DNA of 64,000 nucleotides from Chiloscyllium plagiosum. Taxonomy: Eukaryota. Shown here piece by piece: positions 37,193-51,370 of the stretch; positions within the stretch are counted from its first letter, which is position 1; every line of letters begins with the position of its first letter. The stretch is taken from contig NC_057751.1 in the NCBI RefSeq assembly GCF_004010195.1, forward strand, positions 18,739,543 through 18,803,542. Direction: 5' to 3'. Both the position numbers and the translations under genes were made by a program. The notes beneath the pieces are model-generated. The model was not told the DNA's origin, did not search any database, and worked only from the letters and a program-made list of their open reading frames with translations.

Positions 37193-40100
37193 ACAAAACT
37201 GTTGAAATGCAGAGATCAGGGAGGGCGGATGAACGGTTGGAGTTGGGCTGGAAAGCAGTCTCTCTCGTGGTGTTCTGTTGAGGCTGTGGTTACGTTGTTG
37301 ATGTAACGTCTATGACAGGTGCAGAGGAAAGTGGAAATGGAGCTACATTTCATCAGGAGCTACATCATAACGACGTTAAATTAGGCAAATGGAAAAAAGG
37401 TCACGTTTAATCATCGTTTCAAGTAAGTCTCTATGCACAGTTTGGGGAAAGAAGTGTTCTGATTTCGTGTCGAGATTTCGTTCGGAATTCATCCTTGCCT
37501 TCACTATTCTCCGCAGAGAAGAATTCTAGGGTTTCGACGGATAACAACACAGTGCCAGCTTTCCATCAAACTCATTCACAAAGTGGGCCAATCTCTAACT
37601 TCGAAATGCGGCGACCACCAGCTCAGAATGACACCCTGTACTCTTTTCTCTCTTATCAAATGCAATTTCGGAGGCTGGTGAGACTCGATAGGGTGCAGAA
37701 ATCTGAAACACGCAGAGAAAATCTACAAGTAACTCTGTGGAGTGAGAAAGAGAGAAAAAACAAGTTAACATTTCAATTTGGTGTGAACGTCAATGTGACT
37801 GTAGGTGAGCGAACGTTGCATCAGGTCTTGATTTACAAGTCCTGGAGGGCAACTAGGCAGTGGCAGCCTCACACACTGTGCCCAATAAAATACTTGTGAA
37901 TGGCGCCATTCAGCAGGTCACTCCCGGATATGAAGCGAGGAGAGGACTAATTCCTGGCAGTCACTGTTCTGTGCATCCAGAACTGCATCTGAATGTGTTA
38001 GGAAAGCTGGTAGATTGAAGCGCACGCTGTGTACTCATTAGATATCGCAGTATTCACTGCTTGCTTCTATCATCTCCAGCCAGGACGTGCTGATGCCAGC
38101 CATGTCCGGCTCCAGATTTTCACAGGAACATCGTAGATTCCATTCGAGAAATGCAACCCCTGTTTCCAGCCTATATCTTCTCCCCATCCCTCATCTAGAC
38201 AGGAGCTCGCTGTTTGTAAATGAACATAGATCTAGTGTTATGAATCCAAAACCAATTTGAATGAATACAGCGAGTAGTTCACTTTGAAAAAGTGCCCACT
38301 TTCAGCTTCGAATATCAATGCAAAACATTTTCATCTCTAATATGGGTGAGGTTTTCGTCGGACTTGAACCAAAAATAAAACTACTCTTAAGGATAAGCTA
38401 TGGGCACAGACAGGCTGAACCGCTAAGAAGGATAATACAAAAATATATGAGTCAGTTAGCTGAGGTTGTAGTTGATAATACCAATGCAATGCCAAGGGTA
38501 TGGCTCAATTCTTTCACTGGAAGACCAACTTCCTCAATTTCTCCTAGTTCTGAGACATCTTGTTGTTTTCATTGGAGCTAAGACGGGTCCAGATGATGAT
38601 CTGTAAGGTATTGACAGAAATTTCCCAGGGCACTCTGAACACGTTCTGATTTCTGGGCATCTAAGACATTGCAATTGAGATGCCATTACAAAAGAGAGGA
38701 GGCTAACTATAACGAAGAATCTATAGACCTCCAAACCGCTGGAGATCTTAATATGGGGCAAAATGAATTTACACCGCAAGAAAATAAGGTAATACGAGAT
38801 AATCAACATAGCTTTGTCAAGGAACATTTATGCTGATTAATTTCATGCATTTCTTTGAGGAGTTGACATAGGCAGTGGATGAGGGTCGCACTGTCACTGT
38901 TGTATATTAGACTTTGAGACAGCTTTTGAAACAGTGCCAAAAGTTTCTCTGAAAGTAGACAGGAGAAGTCAAACATTGTTAGGCTTATATTATTCTTGGA
39001 TTTATGAATGCAGATATCGAACTTAAAAACAATGAAGAGGGCCGACTCTTCTATAAATCATTCGTGAGGCCACATTTGGAATATTGTGTTGAATGCAGGG
39101 CAACTCATTTAAGGAAGCATATCAAAACACAGGAGGTTTACTCGAATTATGTCGGGAATGAGAGATTGTGGATCTCAGGCAATATTGAAAAAAATAAGCT
39201 TGTCGTCCTTGAAGCAGAGACGATTAAAAAGTGACGTCATTGAGATATTCAATATTATGACCAATTTTGACAGGCTAAAGAAAGATATTCTGCTTCTACT
39301 ACATGGTATGTCAGTACTTAGAATGTCAGCTAGCACAGAGAGGAGGAGAAATATAATTACTTATAGAGATGCTCCAATTTGGAATGTACTGCCCGGGAGT
39401 GCGGCGAGAATCAAAGTACGGTACATCTACTGGGACCCTCCACATCCATCGCCCGTGTGACCTCCTGAAACAATTCCTTTAGGCGAAGGAAAAGTGATGT
39501 CCCTTTCACGAAACTATGGCGACTCTGCCCCTCTGCCTTTGAACTCATGTGAGCGACCTGTTCTAATGTCTTTAGTCAAAGTTCATAACTAAATATGAAC
39601 TTTTGATAGCTGTGGCTTGTAGCTTTTAGTTTGCTGTCTCACTCCCATTTGAATTTGCGGTTCCCCCGTTCCGTTTGCAAGGAGAGCTCGATATATACCT
39701 GAAAGGGATGAATTTAGAGGGGTTTGGAGAAAAAAGAACTCAGGAGTTTGGACCTTGCTGGGTAGGTCTTTCCAGAACCGGTACAGACAAAAAGGTTGAA
39801 GGGTCTCCTTCTACAACGTTAAATTCTATGATAATGTGGAATTTAGACGATTGGTAGGAAACAGCTGTTCCCCTTAGTTGAATTGTTTTGAGAAATGTGG
39901 TATCAGCTTAAAGTGAAAGGTCAATGTTTTGGGGGGATTTGCAGGAAATGCGTTTTCACCCAGATGTTGTTGAGGATGTGGAATACACTATCTGGAAGGG
40001 TAGTTGTGAGGCTCATTTTTAGAGAATAATTATGTGACCAATTGAAAGGGTCTAACATTCAACGCTTTGGGCCCAGTGCAGGAAAGTGGGACCAATGCAG

Positions 40101-40629
40101 ACTTAGACCAGTTTTGGCGTTACCAATTGGTCTCTTTTACACTGTATTATCAGTTCAAATATTGGCATCAATGAGATGATAAACATACGACAGAACTGTT
40201 TGCAATGAGAAGATTTGCACACATGAGTGCAAATATACGTTCCCAATTATATATTACCAAAAAGCGGGGACTGTTGATGCTCTGGTTTGTGGTGGAGTGC
40301 AGGGGGATGTGTCAGAATACACACTGTAAAAAAGAGCAAGCATTGGACTTACAACACCAAGCTATTTATGTGGCAGGCACCAGAACTAGTCTGTGACTGA
40401 CCAAAATGGTTCTACTATCAGTCAATAGAATCACACCTTTGCTGGCAGCTATGAATGCTGGGGACAATACAACTCACATGGGGGAGAAGGCTCCACGAAA
40501 TATTGCTATCCTCAAAGATGTACATAAATGCAAATGAAAGATTTGCAATCAGATCAACCACGATATGTGCTTAATCAACAATGATGGCTAAATGGGAGCA
40601 TCGCAGATTGCTCACCATCAATCAACTTC

Positions 40630-40841
40630 CAGTATTCCTATCATACCCGCAGGTGATACGTTCCAGGACCTAACATGCAAGCCTGAAACCGTGGATGGGA
40701 GGGAAACCATTACTTTCAAGAGGAAATGTCTCTTACAAGCAGCATTCTGGCCCTTGATTCCTTATAATATGTTTGGGATATGGTAATCCTCAGGTAACTG
40801 AAACTACAGGAACCGATTCTGTGGACGCGGGGATTGCCCTG
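40630..40841 (-). mobile_element. Tigger/pogo-type (MER44-like) MITE; mirror about 51745-51945
   Basis: CAG...CTG termini followed by TA. The terminal sequences (tccacggattcgtttcctgtggtttcagttacctgcgg and tttcaggc...tggaacgtatcacctgcgggtatga) resemble MER44/Tigger7 ends from memory. Confidence 0.5.
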
Positions 40842-41289
40842 TAAGTGATGCCATCCTGGGGCCTTCAAGAAAGAGAGAGTTGATGCTTTGCTTCAAATTT
40901 TTCAATACTTTCTCACTTCAGACCCAGGTCCTGCATATGGGGGAAACAACAAATAATTTCCTCAAAAGGGAGTCCGATGGAAAATAGAAAACTACAGGCC
41001 ACATGTGTCAATGGGAGTTGTTGGGAATTATGACTAAAGCTGTTATAACACTGCATTTGCATGAGCTCATGGTCATCATGGCAGAGTCGCCATGGTTTTG
41101 AAACGGGGCGCAACTTTTATCTAATTTTGTAGAGTGCATTGAGGAGATCGCAGGGACAGTGGACGAAGGCACTTGACATGTTGAGAATTATTTTTGCTGA
41201 AACGAAGGCTCATGTGTGAAGAACAGACCAATTGAAAGGGAAAGGAGGTTAGTGTGGAAAGAAGAAGTATGTGTCTGAAATATGTGTCG

Positions 41290-42960
41290 TAGAGTCATAG
41301 GGTCATACAGCACAGAGGCTGGCCGTTTGTCTCAACGTGGGCCATGCCTACCCATCTCATCTAACAGCATTTCCCTGCACTTGGCCCATACCTTTCTCAT
41401 CCCTTCCTATCCAAGTATTTCTCGACATATATTTTACATGTTGTTAATGTGCCTGCTTCAACCACTTCCTCTGGTGGCTCATTCCACATGTACGTTGTAA
41501 TTCGATTTTTCAAAGCTAAAGAACAAAGAACAAGAACAAAGAACAAAAATATCACAGCACAGGAACAAAACCTTAGGTCCTCCAGGTCTGTGCCAATCCA
41601 TATTTTCTATTTTTGAAAGATCTGAATCCCTTTGCTCCCTGTCCATCCATGTATCTGCTAGACATTTGGGCGGCACGGTGGCACAGTGGATAGCCAGAGA
41701 CCCGGGTTCAATTCCCACCTCAGGCTGTGTGGAGTTTGCACATTCTCCCCGTGTCTGCGTGGGTTTCCTCCGGGTGCTCCGGTTTCCTCCCACAATCCAA
41801 AAATGTGCAGGTTAGGGTGAATTGGCCATGCTAAATTGCCTGTAGTGAAGGGGTAAATGTAGGGTGATGGGTCTGGGTGGGTTGCGCTTCAGTGGGTTGG
41901 TGTGGACTCGTTGGGCTGAAGGGCCTGTTTCCACACTGTAAGCAATCTAGTAAATACCGCCATCATACCCGCCCCTACCACCTCCACTGGCAACACATTT
42001 CAGGCACCCAGCACACTCTACGTGAAGCACTTTCAACACGTATCTCTCCTAAACTTTCCACCTCTCACATTGAAATCGTGACTGCTCTTAATTCAGACCC
42101 CCACTCTGGGATAAAGTATTTTGCTGTCCACACCTATCGTGATATTGTAGGCCTTCATCAGGTTCCCCCTCAACGTCCTTCTTTCCAATGAAAATAATCC
42201 TAATCTCAAAATTTCATCAGAGCTAACACCTTCCATATTAGGCAACATCCTGGTGAACCACCTCTGCACCCTCTCCAATGCATTCACATCATTTTAGTAA
42301 TGTGGCGACAAAAAGTGCACGCAGTGGCACAAACAAACTCTTACACAACTGCCAATCCTTGTACACAATACCCGGTCGACTGAAGGAAAGCATGCTGTAA
42401 GTCTCCTTGACCACTCTACTGACCTGCGTTGCCACCTCCAGGGAACAAATCACGCAGATATCTCTGTACATAAATTTTCCCCAGGTCTATTCCATTTCCT
42501 GCATCTTTCACTCTGGAATTGCATCTTGCAAAATGCATCACCTGCCATTTCTCTGCCCAACTCTCCAATCTATCGATATTCTGCTGTATTCTCTGACAGT
42601 TCCCTTCACTATCTGCTGCTTCACCAATCTTAGTGGCATCTGAAAACTTGGTAACGAGGCAATCTATACCTTCTTCCAAATCATTTATGTATATCACGAA
42701 TAACAGTGTTCCCCTGTGGAACGTCACTGGTCACAGGTCTCCATTTTGAGAAGTTCCCTTCACTAATACTCTCTGTCCCCTGTTGCACAACCAGTTCTCT
42801 GTCCATATAGATCGAACACCCTGGACTCCATGCGTCTTCACCTTCTTACATATCTTATCATGGGGAAACTTCTCAAACACGTTACTGAAATCCATGTTTT
42901 TGACCTCTACATCTATTCCCTCGTGTCTTTGTCACCTCTTCAAAGAATTCTATTTGTTTT
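41290..42960 (-). mobile_element. CR1 RT to 3' fragment (mirror about 49045-50510)
   Basis: LFVIYINDLEEG..KFSDATKIG and ALERVQRWFTRMLP. Confidence 0.85.
41668..41950 (+). mobile_element. HE1 V-SINE, left-arm specific
   Basis: Same family. The mirror site near 50135 is empty. Confidence 0.88.
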
Positions 42961-42964
42961 TTTA

Positions 42965-45226
42965 ATCATGAAATTCTATGTAGGAAGCCACTTGAGCTTG
43001 TAGAATATAAGAACATTTTGCTTTGAAATCAGAATCAGCGATAACCTGATAAACTCTTTGGGTGTCATGCAGAACAGGCACTGTCCCATCGACTTTCCTG
43101 AATATTTCTTGCCCCAACAAATGTGGGGGCACAGTGGTATAGCGTCTGGAGGGAGTTTTCAAGATTGATTCTGGACCCCAGGATGCCCCATGGCTTCAGG
43201 GTAAATATCAGCATGAAGAGGTCCTGCTGCTCTAATGCTCAATTTCTCTCGGCTGATGAACGAGTGGTCCTTCACATTGAACAGCACTTGCTGGAAGCTC
43301 TGAGGTTGAAAAGAGTGCAAAAAGTACTCTGGAATGGGGGAGGGGGGGGGGGGGTTTCAATATCTACCATCATGAATGGCTCGGCAGCAGCACTACTGAT
43401 CGAGCGGTTTGGGCCATAAAGAAAATACCTTCGAGGTCTATAGCAGGTGGTGAGAGAACGAACAAGGGAGAGAAATGTACTTGACATCATCATTACCAAC
43501 CTGCCCGCTACAGATGTTTCTGCCCATGACAGTAATAGAAATAGTATGAAATACAAAGTCCTTGTGGAGAAAAAAGCTTGACTTCTCATTGTGAATAACC
43601 TCCATCGTGTTGTGTGGCGTACTAAATCAACCAACCCGATTCGCTGGAGTGTGAAGGAATGCGTGCCAGGAGCATCCAGGCATAACTGAAAATGAGGCAT
43701 GAACCTGGTGTTGCTACCACACAGCACTGATTGCATGCCAAACGGGGTAAACAGCAAGTGATAGACAGAGGTAAGCTATCTCACAACGAACAGATCAAAT
43801 CTAAGTTCTGCAGTTCTGTCGCATCCAGTCGTGAGTGGTTATGCACAATGAAATAACTCACTGGAGGGCAAGGTTCTACAGATATCAGCATCCTCAATGA
43901 TTGTAATAACCAAGCATATCAGAGCGAAACATAAGGCTGAAGCATTCACAGCAATTTTCAGCCAGAAATTCTGAGTGAATCATCCCCCTCTGCCACCTCC
44001 AGATTTCCTCAGCATTGCAGATACTGGTCTTCAGCCAATGCGATTGGTGATATCAACAAATGGGTGGCGACAGCAGGTGCTGAAAATGCTCTGCGACATG
44101 ACCAGATTCTGGCAATAGGACTGAGGACCTGTGCTCCAGAACATGCTGTTTCCCAAGCTTCAATGTAGTTACAAAATTGGCATTTTGCCAATAAACTGAA
44201 AAATCGCTCAGGTATGTCCTGTATGCAAAAAGAAGGGCAAATCCAACCCAGTCAATTACTGCACCACCAGTCAGCTCTCGATAACGAACAGACAGATGGA
44301 AGGTGTCATCAATAGAGGCACAGGAAGCATCTGCTCAGCAATAACGTGCTGAGTGATGAGCGGATTGAACCAGAAGAGGGCCACTGACTTCATGACCTCT
44401 CTACAGCGTTGGTACAAACATGAATAATAGAATTGAATTCCAGAGTAAAGTTAGTGTGACACGATAACCAATAGACAGATGGAAGTTGTCATCAATAGAG
44501 GCACAGGAAGCATCTGCTCAGCAATAACATGCTGAGTGATGAGCGGATTGAACCAAAAGAGGGCCACTGACTTCATGACCTCTCTACAGCCTTGGTACAA
44601 ACATGAATAATAGAACTGAATTCCAGAGTAAAGTTAGTGTGACAGCCCTTAACATCAAGGCCGCCTTGAACTGAGTGTAGCATCGAAGAGCACTCGCAAA
44701 ACTGGAATCACTAGTCATTTGGGGTAAGCACTGAGGTGTTTGGATTCATATCTGGCTCGAACGAAGATGGTCATTGTATTTGGAGGTCAGTTGTGTCAGC
44801 TCAAAAGCATCCCTTCAGGAGTTCCTCAGGATAGCTTACCAACCATCTTCAGCTGTTTTATGAATGACCTTCCCTTCACGATAAGGTCAGAACTGAGAAT
44901 GTTCCCTGATGATTGTGCAAAGTTCACAATCATTCTTTACTCTTTAGATACTAAAGCAGTCTACGTTCAAATGCAACAGGATCTGGACAATATCTAGGCT
45001 TGGGCTGACAAGTGACAAGTAACATTCACATCACACAATGACCATCTCCCATTAGAGACAACCTAACTTCTGCCATCTTAACATCGATGATTTTACCATC
45101 AACAAATTATCAACTTTTAACAAACTAGGGCTTCGATTCTTCAGAAGCTCAACTGGACTCACTTCGCAAATACATTGCCTACAAGTTCTCGTCAGAGGCT
45201 GGGAATACTGGGGTGATGAAGGAGGG
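42965..45226 (+). mobile_element. Second CR1/L2-group LINE family (endonuclease to RT), decayed; mirror copy at about 46700-49040 on the - strand
   Basis: TRERNVLDIIITNLP, KIAQVCPVCKKKGKSNPVNY and GVPQDSLPTIFSCFMNDLP..RMFPDDC. Confidence 0.75.
44279..44644. repeat. 183-bp tandem duplication, left-arm specific
   Basis: Units start at 44279 and 44462. There is a single copy at about 47532-47714. Confidence 0.9.
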
Positions 45227-45726
45227 NNNNNNNNNNNNNNNNNNNNNNNNNNNNNNNNNNNNNNNNNNNNNNNNNNNNNNNNNNNNNNNNNNNNNNNNNN
45301 NNNNNNNNNNNNNNNNNNNNNNNNNNNNNNNNNNNNNNNNNNNNNNNNNNNNNNNNNNNNNNNNNNNNNNNNNNNNNNNNNNNNNNNNNNNNNNNNNNNN
45401 NNNNNNNNNNNNNNNNNNNNNNNNNNNNNNNNNNNNNNNNNNNNNNNNNNNNNNNNNNNNNNNNNNNNNNNNNNNNNNNNNNNNNNNNNNNNNNNNNNNN
45501 NNNNNNNNNNNNNNNNNNNNNNNNNNNNNNNNNNNNNNNNNNNNNNNNNNNNNNNNNNNNNNNNNNNNNNNNNNNNNNNNNNNNNNNNNNNNNNNNNNNN
45601 NNNNNNNNNNNNNNNNNNNNNNNNNNNNNNNNNNNNNNNNNNNNNNNNNNNNNNNNNNNNNNNNNNNNNNNNNNNNNNNNNNNNNNNNNNNNNNNNNNNN
45701 NNNNNNNNNNNNNNNNNNNNNNNNNN
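45227..45726. other. Assembly gap (exactly 500 N, likely an unsized scaffold join)
   Basis: Run of N of round length between the two duplication arms. Confidence 1.
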
Positions 45727-48700
45727 TTTTTGATAACATTCCTCGCCATCAACGAAAGCTCCTAAGATTATATCATCCATACGCTTACTTGTCATGCCTG
45801 ATCACTCACATGCAGATCATTTATATAAATAGCAAATAGAAGCTGGCCATGGCTAAGCGACATCAAAAACAGCAGTCACTCCTATTCACTTTCTGGACAC
45901 GAGATCACATTCTAATTTTCTGCCAATTTCACGCTGCACACTTTCATTGACTTCAAAGAGGTAAAATAAACAATAATCAAAACAGCGGATTTCAGAAATA
46001 ACAATAATGGGCAGGAGACCTATTTGGCAGGAGACCTCCTTAATCCATGGGTTCTGAGGTCTGCATCCACATTCATGAGGATGATTCACTGCAACGATAG
46101 TTGACTTTGTCTTGTCTCAGTAATGCCTCTGCAATTCCAGCACTTGCTGCTGCACCTTATTATTTGCATGGACGTGGGATGACGGTCTGATCTCTTTATT
46201 GCATGTAGTGCCAATCACGTAGGGGCAGCTTTGCCCTGCATGATTTGGAAATTCCTGATTGTTGTTACATCTGCCCAGTCGAAGGCAAGTGGGGACTGAG
46301 CTACCGTATTCCCGATTTGTGTATTTTCCATTGTGGACCGGCTTTAGGGAGTGAATACTCGCTTCAAGATTTTCACCCTCTGAGCGTATCTTGTAACCTT
46401 CTCCATGTAATGGTAACAACATTGTCTCTTATTGGAAATGGTCGCAGCCAGGCATAAATGTGGCATGCGTGTTACTTGCCCTTTGGCAGATCTTGTTGCA
46501 TTTGAACATGGTGTGATTCAGGAGTTGAAAAAGTTGTTAATTACTGTCTACTCTTCGACTAACGTCCCCAACTTTGAACATAAGACTAAGGCAAGGTCAT
46601 TGATGAAGCAGTTGGGACCTAGGACACAAACCTGATGAACTCTAACAGAAATGTTCTGAAGCTGAGATGACTAATATGCAATACACACAACCGTTCATAT
46701 GCCACTTGTCCTTCCAGATGGAGGTGTTGACGGGTTTGCATGGTGCTGTCGAAGTAACCTTAGTGAATTTTTGCAATACATTTTGTAAGTGATACTTACT
46801 GCTGCTACTGAACATTGGTGGTGCAATGAGCGAAACTCTGTCAATGAGGGGCCAATAAAGTGGGTTACTTTGTCTTGGAAGATGTCAACTACTTTAATGT
46901 TATTGTAGATAATAGTATCAAGGGCAAATGCGAAATGTTTCATCACAATCCTGGCTTGAGCCTTGTGAACTGGCGAGCTCTAGTAGGCAGTGAGTTTGCA
47001 AGGTGAGTCCAGCTGAGCTTCTGATGAATCAAAAGCCCAAGTTTGTTAATAGTTGTCGATTTGTTGCTGGTAATATCATCCAATATCAAGGGGGCAGTAG
47101 TTAGGTTGTCTCTCATGGGAGATGGTCATTGCCTGATATTTGTGTGATGTGAATGTCACTTGTCACTTGTCAGCCCAAGGCTGAATATTGTCCAGATCCT
47201 GTTGTATTTGAACGTGAACTGCTTTAGTATCTGAAGAGTAACGAACGGTTGGGAAATTTGTACAATCATCAGGGAACATTCTCAGTTCTGACCTTATCGT
47301 GGTCATTCGTGAAACAGCTGAAAATGGTTGGGTTAAATAAACTATCCTGAGGAACTTCAGAAGAGATGCCTTCGAGCTGACACAACTGGCCTCCAACGAA
47401 AATGACCATCTTCGTTCGAGACAGATATGAATCCAAACACCTCAGTGCTTACCCCAAATGACTAGTGATTCCAGTTTTGCGAGTGCTCTTCGATGCTACA
47501 CTCAGTTCAAAGCGGCCTTGATGTTAAGGGCTGTCACACTGACTTTACTCTGGAATTCAATTCTATTATTCATGTTTGTATCAAGGCTGTAAAGAGGTCA
47601 GGAAGTCAGTAGCCCTCTTTTGGTTCAATCCGCTCATCACTCAGCATGTTATTGCTGAGCAGATGCTTCCTGTGCCTCTATTGATGACAACTTCCATCTG
47701 TCTATTGGTTATCGAGAGCTGACTGGTGGTGCAGTAATTGACTGGGTTGAATTTGCCCTTCTTTTTGCATACAGGACATATCTGAACGATTTTTCAGTTA
47801 ATTGGCGAAATGCTTATTTTGTAACTGCATTGAAGGTACTTAGCTTGGGATACAGCATGTTCTGGAGCACAAGTCTTCAGTCCTATTGCTGGAATCTGGT
47901 CATGTCGCAGAGCATTTTCAGTACTTGCTGTCGCCACCCATTTGTTAATATCACCAATCGAATTGGCTGAAGACCAGTATCTGCAATGCTGAGGAAATCT
48001 GGAGGTGGCGGAGGGTGATCATTCACTCAGAATATCTGTCCGAAAATTGCTGTGAATGCTTCAGCCTTATGTTTTGCTCTGATATGCTTGGTTATTACAA
48101 TCATTGCGGATGGTGATATCTGTAGAACTTTGCCCTCCAGTGAGTTAGTTCATTGTGCATAACCACTCACGACTGGATGTGGCAGAACTGCAGAACTTTG
48201 ATTTGATCTGTTCGTTGTGAGATAGCGTGCATCTGTCTATCACTTGCTGCTTACCCCGTTTGGCATGCAATCAGTGCTGTGTGGTAGCAACACCAGGTTC
48301 ATGCCTCATTTTCAGTTATGCCTGGATGCTCCCGGCACGCATTCCTTCACACTCCAGCGAATCAGGTTGCTTGATTTAGCATGCCACACAACACGATGGA
48401 GATTATTCTCAATGAGAAGTCAGCCTTTGTCTCCACAAGGACTTTGTGTTTCCTACTATTGCTATTACTGTCATGGGCAGAAACATCTGTAGCCGGCAGA
48501 TTGGTAATGATGATGTCAAGTACGTTTCTCTCCCTTGTTCGTTCTCTCACCACCTGCCATAGACCTCGAAGGTATTTTCTTTATGGTCCAAACCGCTCGA
48601 TCAGTAGTGCTGCTGCCGAGCCATTCATGATGGTAGATATTGAAACCACCCCATCCAGAGTACTTTTTGCACACTTTTCAACCTCAGAGCTTCCAGCAAG

Positions 48701-51370
48701 TGCTGTTCAATACGAAGGACCACTCGTTCATCAGCCGACAGAAATTGGACATTATAGCAGGAGGACCTCTCCATGCCGATATTTACCCTGAAGCCATGGG
48801 ACATCCTGGGGTCCAGAATCAATCTTGAAGACTCCCTCCAGACGCTATACCACTGTTCTCCCACATCTGCCTGGGCTGTCCTTCTGTTGGGACAGGACAT
48901 ACCCAGGGAAGACGATGTGACATTGCCTGTTCAGCATGACTCCCAAAGAGTATATCAGGTTATCGCTGATTCTGATTTCACAACAAATTGTTCTTTTATT
49001 CTACTAGCTCAAGTGCCTTGCTGCATAGAATTTCATGATTAAAACAAAGCAAATAGAATTCTTTGAAGAGGTGACAAAGTTGATTGATGAGGGAAGGGAT
49101 GTAGAGGTCAAAAACATGGATTTCGGTAAGATAATTGAGAAGTTTCCCCATGATACGCTATTTAAGAAGGTGAAGTCGTATGGAGTCCAGGGTGTTTCAT
49201 CTAGATGGACAAAAAAATTGGTTTTGCAACTGGAGACAGAGAGTAGTAGTGAAGGAAGCTTTTCAAAATGGAGACCTGTGACCAGTGATGCCCCACAGGG
49301 ATGCATGCTGGGAACACTGTTGTTTGTGATATAAAAAAGAATGATTTGGAGGAAAGTGTAGATTAACTCGTTACCAAGTTTGCAGATGATACTAAGGTCG
49401 GTGAAGCACCAGATAGTGAAGGAAACTATCAGAGAATACAGCAGAATATCGATGGATTAGAGAGTGGATAGAGAAATTACTGCTCAAGTTCAATCCGGAC
49501 AAATGCCAGGTAATGCATTTTGAAAGATGCAATTCCATCGTGAAAGATACAGGAAATGGAATTGTCCTGGGGAAAATTGATGTACAGAGATATCTGCGTG
49601 ATTTGTCCATTGTTCCCTGAATGTGGCAACTCAGGTCACTAGAATGGTCAAAAAGGGATACAGCATGCTTTCCTTAATCAGAGCGGGTATTGTGTTCAAG
49701 GATTGGCAGGTCATGTTATTGTTGTGTAAGAGTTTGGTCCTTCCACTTTTGGAATACTGCGTACAGTTTTTGTCATCACATTACCAAAAGGATGTGAATA
49801 CATTGGAAAAGGTGTAGAGAAGTTTCACCAAGACGCTGCCTAATACAGAGGGTGTTAGCTCTGATGAACTTTTGAGATTAGGATTAATTTCATTGGAAAT
49901 AAGGAGGTTGAGGAGGCATCTGATTAAGGCCTAGAATATCACGATAGTTGTAGACAGGGTGGATAGCAAGAAACTTTATCCCAGAGTGCGGAGCTCAATT
50001 AAGAGCAGTCACAATTTCAAACTGAGGTGGAAAGGTTAGGAGAGATATGTGTGGAAAGTGCTTCGTGCAGAGTGTGGTGGCTTCCTGGAATGTGTTGCCA
50101 GTGGAGGTGGTGGGGGCGGGTACTTAGGTGGCATTTATAGCAGATAGGAAGGAAGCAAAGGGATCATTCAAAAATAGGTGGGAAATTTATAGAGAAAATA
50201 TGGATTGGCACAGACCTGGAGGACCGAAGGGTTTGTTCCTGTGCTGTGATATTTTTGTTCTTTGTTCTTTGTCTTTGAACGACAGCACAATCGAATTCCA
50301 ACACACGTGTGAAATGAACCACCAGAGGAAGTGGATGAAGCAGGTGCATTAACAACATGTAAAAGACATATCGAGAAATGCTTGGATGGGAAAGGATTTG
50401 AAGGGCCTGGGTCAAGTGAAGGGAAATGTTGTTAGATTAGATGGGAAATTTGGTAGGCATGGACCACGTTAGGACAAACGTCCTGCATACGTTTGTATGA
50501 CCGTATTACTCTACGATACATATTTCAGAGAAAATAAGAGCAAAGACTTTGTAGTTTAATAACTTGATCTTGATGTGTTTGTTCCATTTGGCGACAGACT
50601 GTCTGGGAATGGGAGAATCATAAACTGACTGCTGTCCATTTAAGTTAGGAGAAAATAACCCTTCAAACCACTAAGCCTAGCAAATCGGTTATGGAATTGG
50701 GACTGACAAATAATTCAATACAGGTTACAATTTCAAGCATGAGCCTTCTGCACCTTAGAACTGGGCAAACTCTCACCATCAAAATAATTTGCTTTTTTTT
50801 AACATGTGTCCTGCCAAAATGGACTATTTACGCATTTCATCTCATTTTCCCCAACTTTATCTTTTATGTTGACCAAGGCAAATACTGTCTCTGTGCCCTT
50901 GGATCATCTCCATGACCTGCTTCCCTTCCTGTCGTCAGCACATTTGTCATCTTGACTTTCTATTCTTTCAGGTCAGACTTTTAAGATGTAATTGACAACT
51001 GAGCTCTCATGCACTGAAGCACATCAATTCGTGAATCACTCTTGAAAACGACCCGTTTGATCCAACTCTCTTCGTGTTTCCACACTAACCTCCTTTCCCT
51101 GCCAACTGGTTCCTTTTTTCACACATGAGCCTTCATTTCAACAAAACTAATTATCAACGTGACATCAAGTGCCTTCTAAAAATCAATGTATAGTGCAAAT
51201 GCTCTGTTATGACGGCTTTATTCATAGTTCCCAATAATGCTCTTTGACACTTGTGGCCTGTAGTTTTCTGTTTTCCGTTGAACTCTCTTTTGAATAAATT
51301 ATTTGTTGTTTCCCCCATATGTTGGACCTGGGTCTGAAGTTACAAAATGTTGGAAAATTTGAAGCAATAT

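Larger units (their letters stand above)
24908..45190. repeat. Left arm of large inverted segmental duplication
   Basis: Collinear reverse-complement match to 46975-64000 across unique sequence and old TEs, e.g. 24911 with 63997, 32761-32950 with about 57985-58175, and 45121-45190 with about 46975-47045. Confidence 0.95.

Noticed and set aside
37495..37899. 134-aa ORF partly identical in both arms
   Set aside because: The identity comes from the 195-bp nucleotide tract. The N-terminal part is frameshifted between arms and no domain is recognisable.
45052..45839. Long ORFs of 186-247 aa
   Set aside because: Artefacts of translating through the N gap.
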